64,000 nucleotides of DNA from contig NC_086097.1 of NCBI RefSeq assembly GCF_963921235.1, positions 39,248,001 to 39,312,000 on the forward strand. The letters run 5' to 3'. This stretch comes from Mobula hypostoma. Taxonomy: Eukaryota. Numbering within the stretch: the stretch's first letter is position 1; each line of letters begins with the position of its first letter. The notes under the pieces were generated by a model that searched no databases, was not told the origin of the DNA, and saw only the letters and a program-made list of their open reading frames with translations. A program made the translations under genes and the position numbers. Shown in pieces: positions 1 through 13,500 of the stretch.

Positions 1-510
1 ATGGCAGCAGTGAGAAGAGAGCATGGCCTGGATAGTGGGTTTCCCTGAGGATGGATGCTGCTTTCCTGTGACAGATGTCTATGTAGATGTGCTCAGTGGT
101 GGGGAGGGCTTTAGCTGTGATGGACTGGGCTGTATTCATTACTTTGTCTAAGCTTTTCTATTTAAGGGAATTGGTATTTCCATACCAGGCTATGATGCAA
201 CCAGTCAATATACTCTCCACCACTGGTATGGGTTCTAAGGTCTCTTCTTGGCAGCAGCGAGAAGAGACCATGGCCTTGGGTGGTGATGATGCATACTGCT
301 TTACTGTGTCAACACTCTGTGTAGATGTGCTCAGTGGTGGAGAGGACTGTACATGATGGACTGGGCTGTATCCACTACTTTATGTAGGATTTTCCGTTCA
401 AGGGCATTGGTGTTTCCATACACTATGATGCATCCAGTCAATGTATGCTCCACTACCCATCTATTGAAGTTTGTCCAAGTTTTAGATGTCATGTCAAATA
501 TTTGCAAGGT
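1..510 (-). mobile_element. Degenerate Rex1/Babar-like LINE 3' fragments, tandemly duplicated
   Basis: Minus-strand peptide LTGCIIVYGNTNALERKILHKVVDTAQSI. The unit agatgtgctcagtggtgg...atggactgggctgta occurs twice (about 85 and 323). Confidence 0.6.
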
Positions 511-518
511 TTTAAGGA

Positions 519-613
519 ACACACACAAAATGCTGGAGAAACTCAGAGGGCCAGGCAGCATCCATGGAAAAAAGTAGAGTCGACGTTTTGGGCCGAGACC
601 CTTCAGCAGAATT
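519..613 (-). mobile_element. Short Penelope-tail copy with a degenerate hammerhead
   Basis: Matches the terminus at 21091-21230; reverse complement reads CTGCTGA-AGGGTCTCGGCCC-AAAAC-GTC-GACT. Confidence 0.65.
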
Positions 614-614
614 T

Positions 615-1050
615 CCGGCATCTTCCAGCCCATGATCTTTGCCGGCCTTTTAACATACCCCAAGATCAATCTAACCTTTCCCTCCCACATAGCCCTTTTT
701 CTTTTCTTTCATCCGTGTCCCAAAGAGTCTCTTAAATGTCCCTAATGTATGCATCTCTACCACCACCCTGGGCAGTGCTTTCCATGCACTTTCCACTCTG
801 TGTGACGGGGGAGAAAAACTACCTCTGACATGTTCCCTATAGATTCGTCTAATCACCTTAAAAGGTTGTCCTCTTCTATAAGCCATTGCCACCCTGGAAG
901 AAAGGTGCTGGCCATTCTATGTATGCCTCTTATCAGCTTATAAACCTCTATCAAGTCTCTTCTCATGCTGCTTCATGCTGAAGTTAGAACCCCTAACTTA
1001 CTCAACTTCTCCTCAGGACATGCTCTCTAATCTAGGCACCATCCCCCAAC
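615..1050 (-). mobile_element. CR1-like LINE 3' fragment
   Basis: Minus peptide RVESAWKALPRVVVEMHTLGTFKRL, typical of the CR1 ORF2 C-terminus. Confidence 0.65.
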
Positions 1051-2165
1051 TGTAGCTATAATCTTTCTGGCTATTAATAAGCTCTCCCTCCGATTGTTGA
1101 TACTGAGGGTGACTGCGAACATAATACCATTGAACGTTAATTGTGTTGGTTAGACTCTGGCTTTCTGGTCATCGCTCAGCACTTTGTTGTGAATATTAAT
1201 TGCCATTTACCAGCTTATTTGCTGAACATTGTCATGCTGCATGAAATTGAAAATTGAGCATTCACTGGTGAACACCCCATTGTTTACTTTCTGAAAGGCA
1301 GCTGTTTGTGTCTTGGAAACTGTTGTTAGGAATTCTTGCATTAATAATAACAGCCACCTTATTTTTGTGTGAGGTGTGACTCCAGCCATTTGCGTAGTTT
1401 TTGTCCTTGATGCATATTGATTGCAGTTTAATAAGGGGTTCATAATACCATACTACTTAGTGTCATGTCTCACTATTTACCTCTGGAGTTTAGCTTTTTG
1501 GTCCACGCTTGGACCAAGACTGTGATCAGGTTTGTAGTCTGCGTGCTTGATCTTTTCAACACAAGTTCGATTTTGTTTGTTTTTCTTCAGTAAATATGCA
1601 TCACTGACACTTTCAAGTCAAGAATTATCTACATTTTTTGCTGTTTTTTCCTTTATCAGTATTATCTTGCAGCTCAGCTCTTTATATTCCTTTTCACATG
1701 AGCAGCAAATGTGATTTTGTAAGTGAGAATTCAAATGAAATATCCCTAATCGTTTAACTTAACCATAAATAAGGTTCATTAGAAACTATGTCATTGCTTT
1801 GTATATATTCTAGTTAAAGACAAAGTAAATGATTGCTAGAATATCCCAGTGATTTGAAAGCTTCATTGTCTCTTCCAAGATACTGTACCTTTGGAGAGTG
1901 TTTTGAAGATGTGATACAATACCTAGTTCTCTGCCGGTGCTGCCTGGCCTTCTTTGTTCCAGTGTGAATAAAGTTAAACTGTAACCTAACTTTAAGTGAG
2001 ATAAAAAAAAACATGAAAGCTTCACACGTTTTTTTTTACAGTGTATAATTAAGAGTGAAATCCATTTGCAGACACATAATTAATTTGCAGTCAATAATAT
2101 TAAAGAGAAATAATAAGTTTCTTCAGATACATAAAGTGAAAAAGAGGCAAAAGTGGATTTAAAAA

Positions 2166-2252
2166 CGCAAACAACAGGAATTCTGCAGATGCTGGAAATT
2201 CAAGCAACACACATCAAAGTTGCTGGTGAACGCAGCAGGTCAGGCAGCATCT
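2166..2252 (-). mobile_element. Penelope tail fragment (hammerhead part absent)
   Basis: gcaaacaacaggaattctgcagatgctggaaattcaagcaacacacatc... nearly identical to 32259-32345. Confidence 0.75.
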
Positions 2253-2291
2253 GGACTGCTGGAAAACAATGCTGGAGAGGTAGCATGCTCT

Positions 2292-2830
2292 TTACTTTAT
2301 ACTTTATTGTCGCCAAACAATTGATACTAGACTGTACAATCATCATAGCGATATTTGATTCTGTGCTTCCCGCTCCCTGGATTCCAAATCGATAGCAGAT
2401 ATTAAAAATTTAAATTATAAATCATAAACAGAAAAATTAGAAAAATGGAAAGTAAGATAGTACAAAAAAACCGAGAGGCAGGTCCGGATATTTGGAGGGT
2501 ACGGCCCAGATCCGAGTCAGGATCCGTTCAGCAGTCTTATCACAGTTGGAAAGAAGCTGTTCCCAGATCTGGCCATACGAGTCTTCAAGCTCCTGAGCCT
2601 TCTCCTGGAGGGAAGAGGGATGAAAAGTGTCTTGGCTGGGTGGGTTGTGTCCTTGATTATCCTGGCAGCACTGCTCCGACAGCGTGCGGTGTAAAGTGAG
2701 TCCAAGAACGGAAGATTGGTTTGTGTGATGTGCTGGGCTGTATTCACGATCTTCTGCAGCTTCATCCGGCCTTGGACAGGACAACTTCCATACCAGGTTG
2801 TGATGCACCCTAGAAGAATGCTTTCTTCTA
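2292..2830 (-). mobile_element. Rex1/Babar-like LINE 3' end
   Basis: ESILLGCITTWYGSC...LQKIVNTAQHI...PLPSRRRLRSLKTR...NSFFPTVIRLLN. Confidence 0.75.
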
Positions 2831-3287
2831 ATCTTTCTTCTAATGGGGGACAACGAAATGGCAGGTGAACTGAGTAAGTATTTTGCATCAGTCTTGACTG
2901 TGGAAGATGCTAGCAGTATGGTGGAAGTTCCAGATATCGGGTCATGAATGTGTGAAGTTACCATAACTAGAGAGAAGGTTCTTGGGAAACTGAAAGTAGA
3001 GAAGTTACCTGAGCCAGACGGTGTGCACCCCAGGGTTCTGAGAGAGGTGGCGGAAGAGATCATGGAAGCATTAGTAATGATTTTTCAAGAATCATTAGAT
3101 TCTGGAATGGTTCTGAAAGACTGGAAAATTGCAAATGAAGGGAGGGAGGCAATTATAGGCCATTTATTCTGACGTCAATGGTTGGGAAAATGTTGGAGTC
3201 AATTATTAAGAATGAGGTCTCAGGATACTTGAAGGCACATGATAAAATAGGCCGTGGTCAGCATGGTTTCCACAAGGAAAAATCTGT

Positions 3288-3792
3288 GTCTCTGTGTGGT
3301 TTCTCAGTTGTACAGCAGCTGATAGGAAAGCACTTCAGCAGGTCGTCTCTAGCGCACAGAAGATCATCGGGACACAGCTCCCTGCCCTGGAGGACACCTA
3401 CAGCTCTCGCTGCCTAAGGAAAGCTACAAGCATCTGTAAGGACAATACACACCCATGCAATCATCTGTTTGAACTTCTTCCATCTGGCAGATGTTATGGA
3501 TTTTCTATGCCTGCACTTCCAGACTGAAAAATAGCTTTTCCCCCAGAGCTATAATTGCTCTGAACCAATCGATCAAGCATCATCCATAAATTTGTTACAT
3601 TTTAATACTGGTTTTATGGCTGTCATGCATCTGAATTGCGCTTTTGTACTGTTGGACATTGCTTGTACTGGCTGGTTACTTGATTTTATTTATTGTTTAT
3701 TTTATTTGTTGTTTTGTAGCATTGAGTAAGAGTTGCAAACTCATTTTCGCTGTATTGCTGCGCGACAAATTGTACTATGCAATGACAATAAA
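3288..3792 (+). mobile_element. Rex1/Babar-like LINE 3' fragment inserted in CR1
   Basis: DRKALQQVVSSAQKIIG...HPCNHLFELLPSGR, then aataaa and an atttcatttc tail. Confidence 0.7.
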
Positions 3793-4435
3793 GATATTTC
3801 ATTTCATCTGTTGGAATTCTTTGAAATAGTAACAAGCAGCCTAGACAAAGAAGAATCGGTTGATGTTCTGCACTTGGATTTTCAGAAGGCCTCTGACAAG
3901 GTGCCACACATGAAGCTGCTTAACAAGCTACGAGCCCATGGTATTACAGGAAATATTCTAGCATGGATAAAGCAGTGGCTGATTGGCAGGAGGCAAAGAG
4001 TGGGAATAAAGGTAGTTTTTCTGGCTGGCTGCTGGTGACTAGTGGTGTTCCACAGACCAATTCTCTGTTATATCTCAGTGATTTGGATGATGGAATTGAT
4101 GGCTTTGTTGCAAAATTTGCAGACAGTATGAAGATGAGTGGAGGGGCAGGTAGTTTTGAGGAAGCAGAGAGGCTACAGGAGGACCTTGACGGATTAGGAG
4201 AATGGGCAACGAAATGACAGATGGAATACAGTGTTGGGAAGTATATGGTCATGCACTTTGGTAGAAGAAATGAAAGGGTTGACTATTTTCTAAATGCAAA
4301 GAAAATATGAAAAACTGAAGCACAAAGGGACTTGGGAGTCCTTCTGCAGGATTCCCAAAAGGTTAATTTGCAGGCTGAGTCTGTGGTGAGGAAAGCAAAT
4401 GCAATGTTAACAGCCATTTCAAGAGGACTAGAATA

Positions 4436-5689
4436 CAGGTTTCCCCCGCTATCCGAAGGTAGAGCGTCCCTATGAAACGGTTCGTAAACCGGAATGTCGT
4501 AAAGTGAATAAGCAATTACCATTTATTAATATGGGAAAAATTTTTGAGTGTTCCCACTCCAAAAAATAACCTACAAAATCATGCCAAATAACACATAAAA
4601 CCTAAAATAACAGTAACATATAGTAAAAGCAGGAATGATATGATAAATACACAGCCTATATAAAGTAGAAATACTTTTCTGCAGCACTGTCTAGCGCAGC
4701 AAAAATCTCACGGCAGCACTCTAGGCGGAAGCGCTCTCGGCAGAAACACTCTCTCCAGTAACCTTTAAGCTATGAAGCTGCCAAATCATACCAAATAACA
4801 CATAAAAATGCACAGCCTATATAAAGTAGAAATAATGTATGTACAATATAGTTTCAGTTACCGGAATCGGGAAGACTCCAATAAGTTGCAGTTTCGTCAT
4901 AGTTAAACACTTGCTTATACGAATAACCACCTTCTGTAATTATTTTCTTCAGTTCTGCTGGGAACCTTTTGGCAGCTTCAGTATCAGCCGAAGCACTGTC
5001 TCCAGTAAACGTTAAACTATGAAGCTGCCCTTGCCTTAGAAACCGATCAAACCACCCATGACTACCTTTAAATTCCACTTTCGCAACACTTTCATCACCA
5101 TTGTCCAGTGCTTTCTGTTTCAGCTTATTAAAAAGACTGACTGATTTCTCCTTAAGTATAAGAACACTTAACAGAAACCACGCTTTGTACACCCATCAAT
5201 CCACTCAAGCAATAGACTTTCCATTTTGTCCATTATTGGATGCTGACTAAGAGCACTTTGCTACGAGCAGAACCAACAGTAACATGGGCAGCTTTCAAAA
5301 TTCTTTCTGTCTGCGTATAAATAGTGCGAATAGTGGACGCAGGCAAGTTCAACATGCAGACAATGTCCTTACTTCGTTCACCACGATTGAAACGCTTAAT
5401 TATGTCTAGTTTTACGCTAAGTGTAACACCCTTATGAGCTGTTTTAGGCTTTTCCGATACCTTAGAACTCATCTTGCTAACGGATGCACAAAATAAATTG
5501 AGATAAAGCACGTGTTTAAGCAATGGCGGCTAGAATACAGTTCCGGGGGAGGAGCTTGGCTGTTCGGGCGCACGCTGCCTTTTTTCATAAGTGAAAACAC
5601 CTTCTGTTAGCGAAAACAGGTAACCTATGTAGGTCTTTCATAACAGTGAGGTGTCGTAATGTGATCCTTCGGAAAATGGGGGCCACCTG
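4436..5689 (-). mobile_element. Tigger/pogo DNA transposon, internally deleted
   Basis: TA TSDs (4434-35, 5690-91), TIRs CAGGTTTCCCCCG / GGGGGCCACCTG. Minus ORFs carry a CENP-B-type HTH (KLDIIKRFNRGE...STIRTI), FKGSHGWFDRF and QVFNYDET. Confidence 0.88.
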
Positions 5690-7027
5690 TATAAAAGTAA
5701 GGATGTAATGTTGAAACTTTATAAAGCACTGGTGAGGCCTCACTTGGAGTGTTGTGAGCAGTTTTGGACCTCTTATCGTAGAAAGGATATGCTGAGATTG
5801 GAGAGGGTTCAAAGGATGTTCATGAAAATGGTTCCAAGATTGAATGGGTTATCATATGAAGAGCATTTGATGGCTCTGGGCCTATATTCACTAAAATTCA
5901 GAAGAATGAGGGGTGACCTCATTGAAACCTATCAAACGATAAACAGCCTTGATAGAGTGGATCTGGAGACAATGTTTCCTATGGTGGGAGTGTCTTAAGG
6001 CCAGAGGACACAGCCTCAGAATAGAGGGGTGTCCTTTTAGAATGGAGATGATCTCTTTAGCTAGAAAGTGTTGAATCTGTGGAATTCATTGCCACTAAGA
6101 ACTGTGGAGGCTAAGTCTTTATGTACATTTAAGGCAGAGGTTGACAGATTCTTGATTGTTCAGGGCATGAAGGAATATGGGGGGAAGGCAAGAAACTGGG
6201 GCTCAGAGGAAAAGTGGATCGGCCATGATGAAATGACGGAGCTATTTGATTTGATTGGCCGAATGGCCTGATTATGCTCCTATATCTTATGGTCTTGTAA
6301 TTCACAGAAGCAGCCAATAAATTAATTGATCTGTTTTTAGAAAACAGGAAGATTTTGGGTGTAACTGGAAAATACAATTGGGACATTAGCCCTTATCTTA
6401 ACCAAGTTGTGTTTGTAGAACTTTAACCTTTAATATGATGCTGAAGTCTCAGGCAAAATCAGGCTTTAGAAACCAGACATGAATTCACTTCTCTCTGATT
6501 CAGGAAGACATTTGTGTCAAATAACCATTCTAGGTTCTTTTGATGATTGTTTATCTTAGTTTCATAGAATTTCAGTGGTTGATCCAATTATCAAACAAAA
6601 AAATGTTCGTGTTCAGTAAAGGAGGATCATCTGTGGAATGGAAAACTGAGTTAAAGTTTAATGTCTACCCTTGTTCTGAAATTGTATAATATTAGCCTGA
6701 ATTCTTAATGCATAATATTAAAACATAAAATAGATGAAAAAGGTCCACCTGGCAATTTTTTTCCTATCCCTTTCTCTGTTGCTATCTTCCTAGAACTTTT
6801 TTAGCAATAGAAAAACCATCTGCTCAATGATCTATCATGTCTTGACCCTGATTACCTATGTTTTAAAATAGACAAGTCATCTTTAGGTAGCAAATGGGAT
6901 CCAATTTTGCAGATGTTCTTAAGCCAATTTTGTTAATCTGTCAAAAAATACACAAACAATTGATATAGTAACCATACTGCCACAGTATTCTAATGTTGTC
7001 AAAAGCACTTAAGACTAAAATGAAATT

Positions 7028-7141
7028 GGCCCGAAATGTCGACTGTACCTCTTCCTATAGATGCTGCCTGGCCTGCTGCGTTCACCAGCATTTTTTTGTG
7101 TGGTTGTTTGAATTTCCAACATCTGCAGATCTCCTCGTGTT
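7028..7141 (+). mobile_element. Penelope tail copy with the 3' half of the hammerhead
   Basis: ggcccGAAATGTCgactgtacctcttcctatagatgctgcctggcctgctgcgttcaccagca... Confidence 0.75.
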
Positions 7142-7436
7142 AGCAATTATTAAAAGTGAGGGAGGAGAGAGGAAATTATTTCTGCTATTCTTAATAACAA
7201 AAGTAGGAACATGTTTTGAACTTTTGAATGCAATAATTTTATAGGGGCTCGTCATATGTATGGGTGTCCATAATTTGGGCATTTGTAATTTGAGGATGGC
7301 CTGTGTTTTTGTGTTTTATTTCCTAAGGGAAATGCACTGGAAATAAGTATTTGAAATCATTTCTAAAGATTTTTTTTAACTGTTCAAAATCATCTGTTTC
7401 TGATCATGTTTTTTTAATATATTTTATTCCCTGCAG

Positions 7437-7588
7437 TGAATAAGCAAACAAAGATAAAGGAGGATGGTTTATTAACCTCTGAAGAATTTGAAATTTGGGA
7501 CAGAAAATTCCGATTGAAAAATGATTTAAGAGAACCAAGATTAATATTGTTTCCATTTGAATTTGTGAAAGATGGATCAAAAGATATG
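7437..7588 (+). CDS. FANCM: FANCM exon (human exon 12 equivalent), MHF1/2-binding region
   Basis: ccctgcag acceptor, ATG|gtaatg donor. Encodes NKQTKIKEDGLLTSEEFEIWDRKFRLK, resembling human LKKDWFLSEEEFKLWNRLYRL. Confidence 0.88.
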
Positions 7589-10500
7589 GTAATGTGAAAC
7601 CAAAGCTTTTCTTTTTTTTCACTCTTAGTGCACAACAAGGAATGTGATGGGGTGGGGGAGGGGGAGAAAAATTTTATTCACATCATCTCTTTCCTGAACA
7701 AATGATCTCAATCCATGGTAAATATGGATTCTTTCTGAAAGACATGCTTGATTCTTCCTTTGAACTATCAATGTTTCTTTGTTCACCAGTATTTTCTTTA
7801 TAATTAAGCATCATTTACTGTCGACAATTCTAGTAGCATCACCATAATCTATTAATACAAAGAAAAAATCATTTTCAATTAATTCTCAATGCAGTGGTCT
7901 TGAGCATTTTTCTCCTCTTCTAGTTTTCATGGAGGTTGTCTAAGAGCCAGTTGGTTGTCTGAGCAACATGTAATTGGAGCTCAGTTAGAGACTCTTGGAT
8001 CTATAATTGGGATCTTGTTGATTGCTGTCACTCAAGCTTATGTACAAGAACGGATTTTTATTGTTATGCTCACATAATGCCCCTGATTTTCTGGATTCTT
8101 GAGAGCTCATAATGGCAGCTTGGTTGTCCTAAAATGGAAGGTGGCTGTCACTGACATGAGGGAAGATGTTTTAATGGAAAACTGGTTGAAAACAATGTTC
8201 TTTACACTTCTGAGTGATATTACTACATCTGAAGTCGTGTGTGTGTGTGTGTAATAATAAATAAAATAGTTTTTGTATGAGGATTATGTTTCATGCATTT
8301 TGAGAAATTTTGCATTAAAGAAATTTCTCTTTACAATATTCTTCTGCACTTCAGTACTACTTATTTACCAGCACATGTTCTTCTTGAGCTGTCCCCTCAT
8401 CCAAAACTCTCTGCCTTTTTCTACACTGTGATTTTGAAGTGTGGGTGAGAATTAAAGTTATTGCGGGGATGCCTTTCCATATCTCCATTACGTGTGATTA
8501 CCCTGCAGCTTGTGAACTCTGCTTTTCTAGCTGTTTTGTGCACTGCTTACTTGTGAATTGCTGGTGACCATGCTGTGAAATTTATTCGCTAAAACCTGCC
8601 TAACCAATTACATTATTAAAACTTTCTATTTTGATTACGTTTATGTTGGTGTATTCATAATCTTGTGCAGTTATTTTAAGTTTTAATGTATTTGGTTTAT
8701 ATAGGAACAGGAAAGTGGTAAAATTCGTGAGCTTTCTCTGACAGAGTGGAGTCTTTGGCAAAATCATCCACTTTCTACCCATCTGGTTGACCATTCTGAT
8801 CGCTGCCAGCACTTCATAAGTATTATGGACATGATTGATTTGATGAGACAAGAAGAGGTCAGTGAAATCTACGGAGTGGAGATTGCAGTTATTTTCTGAA
8901 CATAAATTGCTACTTAATTTGTAATAAAATATAATACTAAATACAGAATTAACATTCACTTAAATTCTATGTTTGTTAAAATAAATAGTCTTCTATCCTG
9001 TCCTCCTGAGTTCCTTCCAGATTACATTTTATGACTGATTTACTGAGAAAGCGCCAAAGCATTCTTGACTAGTTAGATAAAAGAACCCATGCTTTCAAAT
9101 TATATTGCATGAAGCAGAAATCAAGTAATGAAACCAAATATAAAACCTGCTCTTTGCATTTCCAAATAACATACATCATAGATCAGTCAAAACAAAAACT
9201 AGGTTTCCACACTTGAGTGGGTTGTGTTGCATTGGTCATGACATAATATGAACATCTTCCTAAATTACTGGTGTATGCTGTTTTTTTTTAAGATGGGCAC
9301 ATCAATTTCATCCTGCATTCATTCTAGCCACTTTGTGTCACCAGTCCATTCCCTAATTACAGTTGGTATCATGAGCAAAACAGACAGGAAGAGACGCAGT
9401 TCTGGGATTGAGGCTTGGGATGCACTATAGCAAAAGTGATTGGGATAATCAGTGGATGAAAATTATTTGAGCCACATTCCCTTCCTCTTTGCCCTCATCT
9501 GAGAACAACTATATCATAACATGAAAATAGTACAAGCTTTTGTGAATTAAATTTATTTTCTTAAATTCTTCATTTGATAGAAAAATGTTACTTTTGCATC
9601 GAACAAATGTTAACAATGAAATTTTTTCAAGCAATTTAATGGTTGTATAATTAAACAGAAAATTTAGGGTTTGATTTTAAAGTTTAAAAAATATTTTTTG
9701 TAAAGAACAATATCTTGAAATTAGTTTTAAATAGTTAATAGATAACCTCAAAAGGTTTTAAATTGAATGTAGCTTATGATGCAGGATTTTTTTTTCCAGC
9801 TTTTAATATCTGCTTTCCAAAATTAAAACACAACTGATTGAACTGAATGTTTTTCAGGTACGATGCGATGCCATGATTTAATGAATGTATATAAGTCCGT
9901 TTTTAGTTCCTCTAGAACTTTGGTATTCGTTTAGTTACTGTAGTAACTTGAAAAAGCATATACAAGGGGGTTACATTTGCAAATTATTGTATTCCATTTG
10001 GTCTTTTTATGATTTTATAATTATTTATGCCACTTGTTTCAAAAAGAGGTTAATGTGCTTTTAAATCTCTGTTGGCAAGGAAACCATTGCATGAGACATT
10101 GTTAGCTCTATAGTAAGTTAGTGATGAGGCCCGCTTGTGTATACAACTCAAAAGCAAGAAATAGAGACAGCTTTTCATCTTTGGTACTCAACAGATTCTG
10201 AGATGGCCAAGATATGAACTTGAATTGCAATGTGTGGTGAGCGTGCCTCTCCCACAAATTGCCATTTTAGTAAAGTTGAATCATATGCTAGGAATGGTCA
10301 CTCTCAACATGGTTAAGAATCTTACTAATTTAAAATAATTTTTCTAACATTAAGGAGGTGGTGTGCCATTTTTGCTGGCCAGGCCGGTAATAAGTAACCT
10401 TCAAGATAAAGATGCAAAAAAAATTAAGGACTGATTCGCTACCAAAAGTCTTGCTAGTAGAATCATCTGTTAGAAGTAGACTTTTGATACAAGCAAGGGA

Positions 10501-13500
10501 ACATCCCCAAAGACTTCAAATGTTTGTTCTAGAAATTCAATTGAGAACTTTGCACAAATAGTATTGTGATGCCAGATTTAGAAATTTTACTGGAATCAAC
10601 AAGAGATGAGAGTGGTTTGTCGTGGGATTCTTCTAAGAGCAATAAGAAGAGGAATTAAATCCAAACAAACTGCTCCACCAACTGTTGGATATAGGGTGGG
10701 GGTTGGGGACTGCAGTGTGTATGGTAGGGAGCTAGGAATGATGAGAAAGCCTCTGATTGATGTTCACGACCATTTGTCATTATCATCAACATTTGTGTCA
10801 AACTGAGACCATAAGAAGAGCTAAAGGAGCGGAGATCAAAAGGGACACTTGTGATGAAAACTTGCTGGCATTTATTTGAGACCACTTTTGGTGCTCGGTA
10901 TCAATTAGAGCACCATTGCCATATTCTGAGCCTCCTATGAACTCCCAGGACCTCCAAAATAAAAATACTTAATCCTTTATGCCATTTCTCCTTTTTACGT
11001 ATTAAAAAAAATAAGGTTAGCTGCCATCAGTAACATTCAATTGTCATTGTGCCTGTGTGTGGTTGGTTGTGTGTCTTGGATACATTTGCTAATCCATGAA
11101 AATTAAACTTGTGTCATATGGTGTCCATTTAAAACAGAGGTACGGAGAAATTTCTTTAGCTAGAGGGGGGTGAATTTGTGATATTTATTACCACAGGCAG
11201 CTATGGAGGCCAGGTTGTTGGGTGGCTGCCATTGACTAGCAGTGTTCCACAGGAGTCTGTGTTGGAACTGATTCTTTTTACATTATATGTCAATGATTTG
11301 GTTGATGGAATTGATGGATTTGTTGCAAAGCTTGCAGACGTTATGAAGATAGGTGGAGGGGCAGGTAGGTTTGAGGAACTAGAGGGGCTACAGAAGGACA
11401 GACAGATAAGGAGAATGGGCAAAGAAATGGCAGATGGAATACAGTGTTGGGAAGTACATGGTCATGCACTTTGGTAGAAGAAATAAAAGGCTTGACTATT
11501 TTCTAAATGGAGAGAAATTACAAAAAACTGAGACACAAAGGGACTTGAGAGTTCTTGTGTAGGATTCCATAAGGGTTAATTTGCAGGTTGAGTCTGTAGT
11601 GAGGAAGGCAAATGCAATGTTAGCATTCATTTCAAGTGTACTAGAATATAAAAGCACTGGTGAAGCCTCACTTGGAGTATCGTGAGCAGTTTTGGTCCCC
11701 TTCTCTCAGAAAGAATGTGCTGAAACTGGAGAGGGTTCAAAGGAGGTTCACGAAAATTGCTCCAGGATTGAGTGGCTGTCAAATGAAGACCGTTTGATGG
11801 CTCTGGGGGCATATTCACTAGAATTCAGAAGAATGAGGGGAAGCCTATTGAATGGTGAAAGGCCTTGATAGAGTGGATGTGAGGAGGATGTTTCCTTTGG
11901 AGGGGAGTCCAAGATCAGAGGACCCAGCCTCACAATGGAGGGGCATCTTTTTAGAATGGAGATTAGAAGGGGTTTTTTAGCTAGAGAGTGATGAATCTGT
12001 GGAATTCATTGCCACAGGTGTCTGTGGAGGCTGAGTCTTCAGGTATATTTAAGGCAGAGGTTGATAGATTCTTAGTTGGTCGGGGCATGAAGGGATACAA
12101 AGGGAAGGCAGGAGATTGGGGCTGAGAGGAAAATTGGATCAGCCGTGATGGAGCAGACTTGATGGCCAAATGGCCTAACTCTGCTCCTATATCTTATGGT
12201 CTTGAAAAGCTATAGGCCATGTGTTGATAATTATGTTAGTAAAGATGGATACTTGGTCAGCATGGACATTGGTGAATCCATGACTTGAAATGAGGGTGAG
12301 TGAGGCAGGCTCCGAGCAACATTGCTGCTTTATTTTTCATTTGGTCTCTTGCAGTTTTCCAGTATCCTTAATATATTGGCATAACTGTTATCTCTAATCA
12401 ACAAGCTAGAAAGCAGACAGACTGCACCGTATTATTTAAATAAGAAGTTTCAAGCAATCACAGGTTCGAACAAAATTACAAAGATTTGATCTAGGCCAGA
12501 AGGTTCACAGAATAAAAAAAATGGTTGCAGAACAAGGGAGATCATTCAAGTCTATTTCCGCCCTATGCAAGCTCAGTGCAACTAGTACCCTGACCTGACC
12601 CCTATCAGTTGCTCTTTCAGTCTATGTATGTCTATGTGATCACTACAAATAAATCCTCCTCCAGTCTAACCACTGGCAGTGATTTCCAGCCTCTAAACAG
12701 TCATGATGTAAAACTGTTTTCCTCACGTCACTTTTGCTCTTTTGTTGCCATTCATGATCATTCTACATGAACTTCATTCAATGTCACTTGCCCCAGCACT
12801 GAACTACTCCCACAATGTATGGACTCACTTTCAAGGACTCTTCATCTCACGTTCTCAATATTTATTGCATGTTTATTTACTGTTACAATTATTATTTTGT
12901 TTCTTTCTTTTTGTATTTGCAGTTTGTTGTCTTTTGCACATTGGTTGTCTGTCCTGTTGATATGGTCTTTCATTAGTTCTATTATGGTTATTGGATTTAT
13001 TGAGTATGCCCACAAGAAAATAAATCTCAGGGTTGTATTTGGTGACATATATGTACTTTGATAATAAATTTACTTTGAACCTTGAACATCCTTTAGCTCT
13101 GGATCATTCCATGAATAGCAAGTTTTTTTCCTATCTACCTTGCCTACATACTTCACAGTTTTAACCTAGTCCTTATCACTCGTTCAGTTCCAAAAACTAC
13201 CCCGGTTTGTCTAGTCTATCACCATATCTAAAGTCCTTCCTGCAGCCTCTTTAGAGCTTTTACATCTTTCCTAAACTCTGGCGTAAAATTTAGAGCATAG
13301 AGCTGTACAGCACAGGAACAGGCCCTTTGGCTCACCATGTTGTACTTAACCAATTAAATTAGTAATCAAATGACCAACTAAATTAATCTCTTCTGCCTAT
13401 GCAACGTTCATATCCTTCTATTTTTCTCACATTTGTGTGCCAATCTAAATGTCTCTTAAAAATCCCGATGTATCGGCCTCTATCACCACCTCACACAGTG

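Larger units (their letters stand above)
2836..6298 (+). mobile_element. CR1 LINE ORF2 remnant, interrupted by a Rex1-like fragment (about 3288-3792) and a Tigger element (4436-5689)
   Basis: RT motifs PEPDGVHPRVLREVA, LDFQKASDKVPH, KFADSMK, LYKALVRPHLE, FRRMRGDLIET; CR1-type tail tcttatggtctt. Confidence 0.85.

Noticed and set aside
8238..8252. (TG)n microsatellite
   Set aside because: Short and ordinary.
9848..9863. TTTTTCAG|GTACGA as a recursive splice site
   Set aside because: The intron is only about 5 kb and such motifs arise by chance; there is no supporting evidence.
10440..10890. Short ORFs in the FANCM intron between exons 13 and 14
   Set aside because: No recognisable motif or splice context, and the FANCM frame is complete without them.
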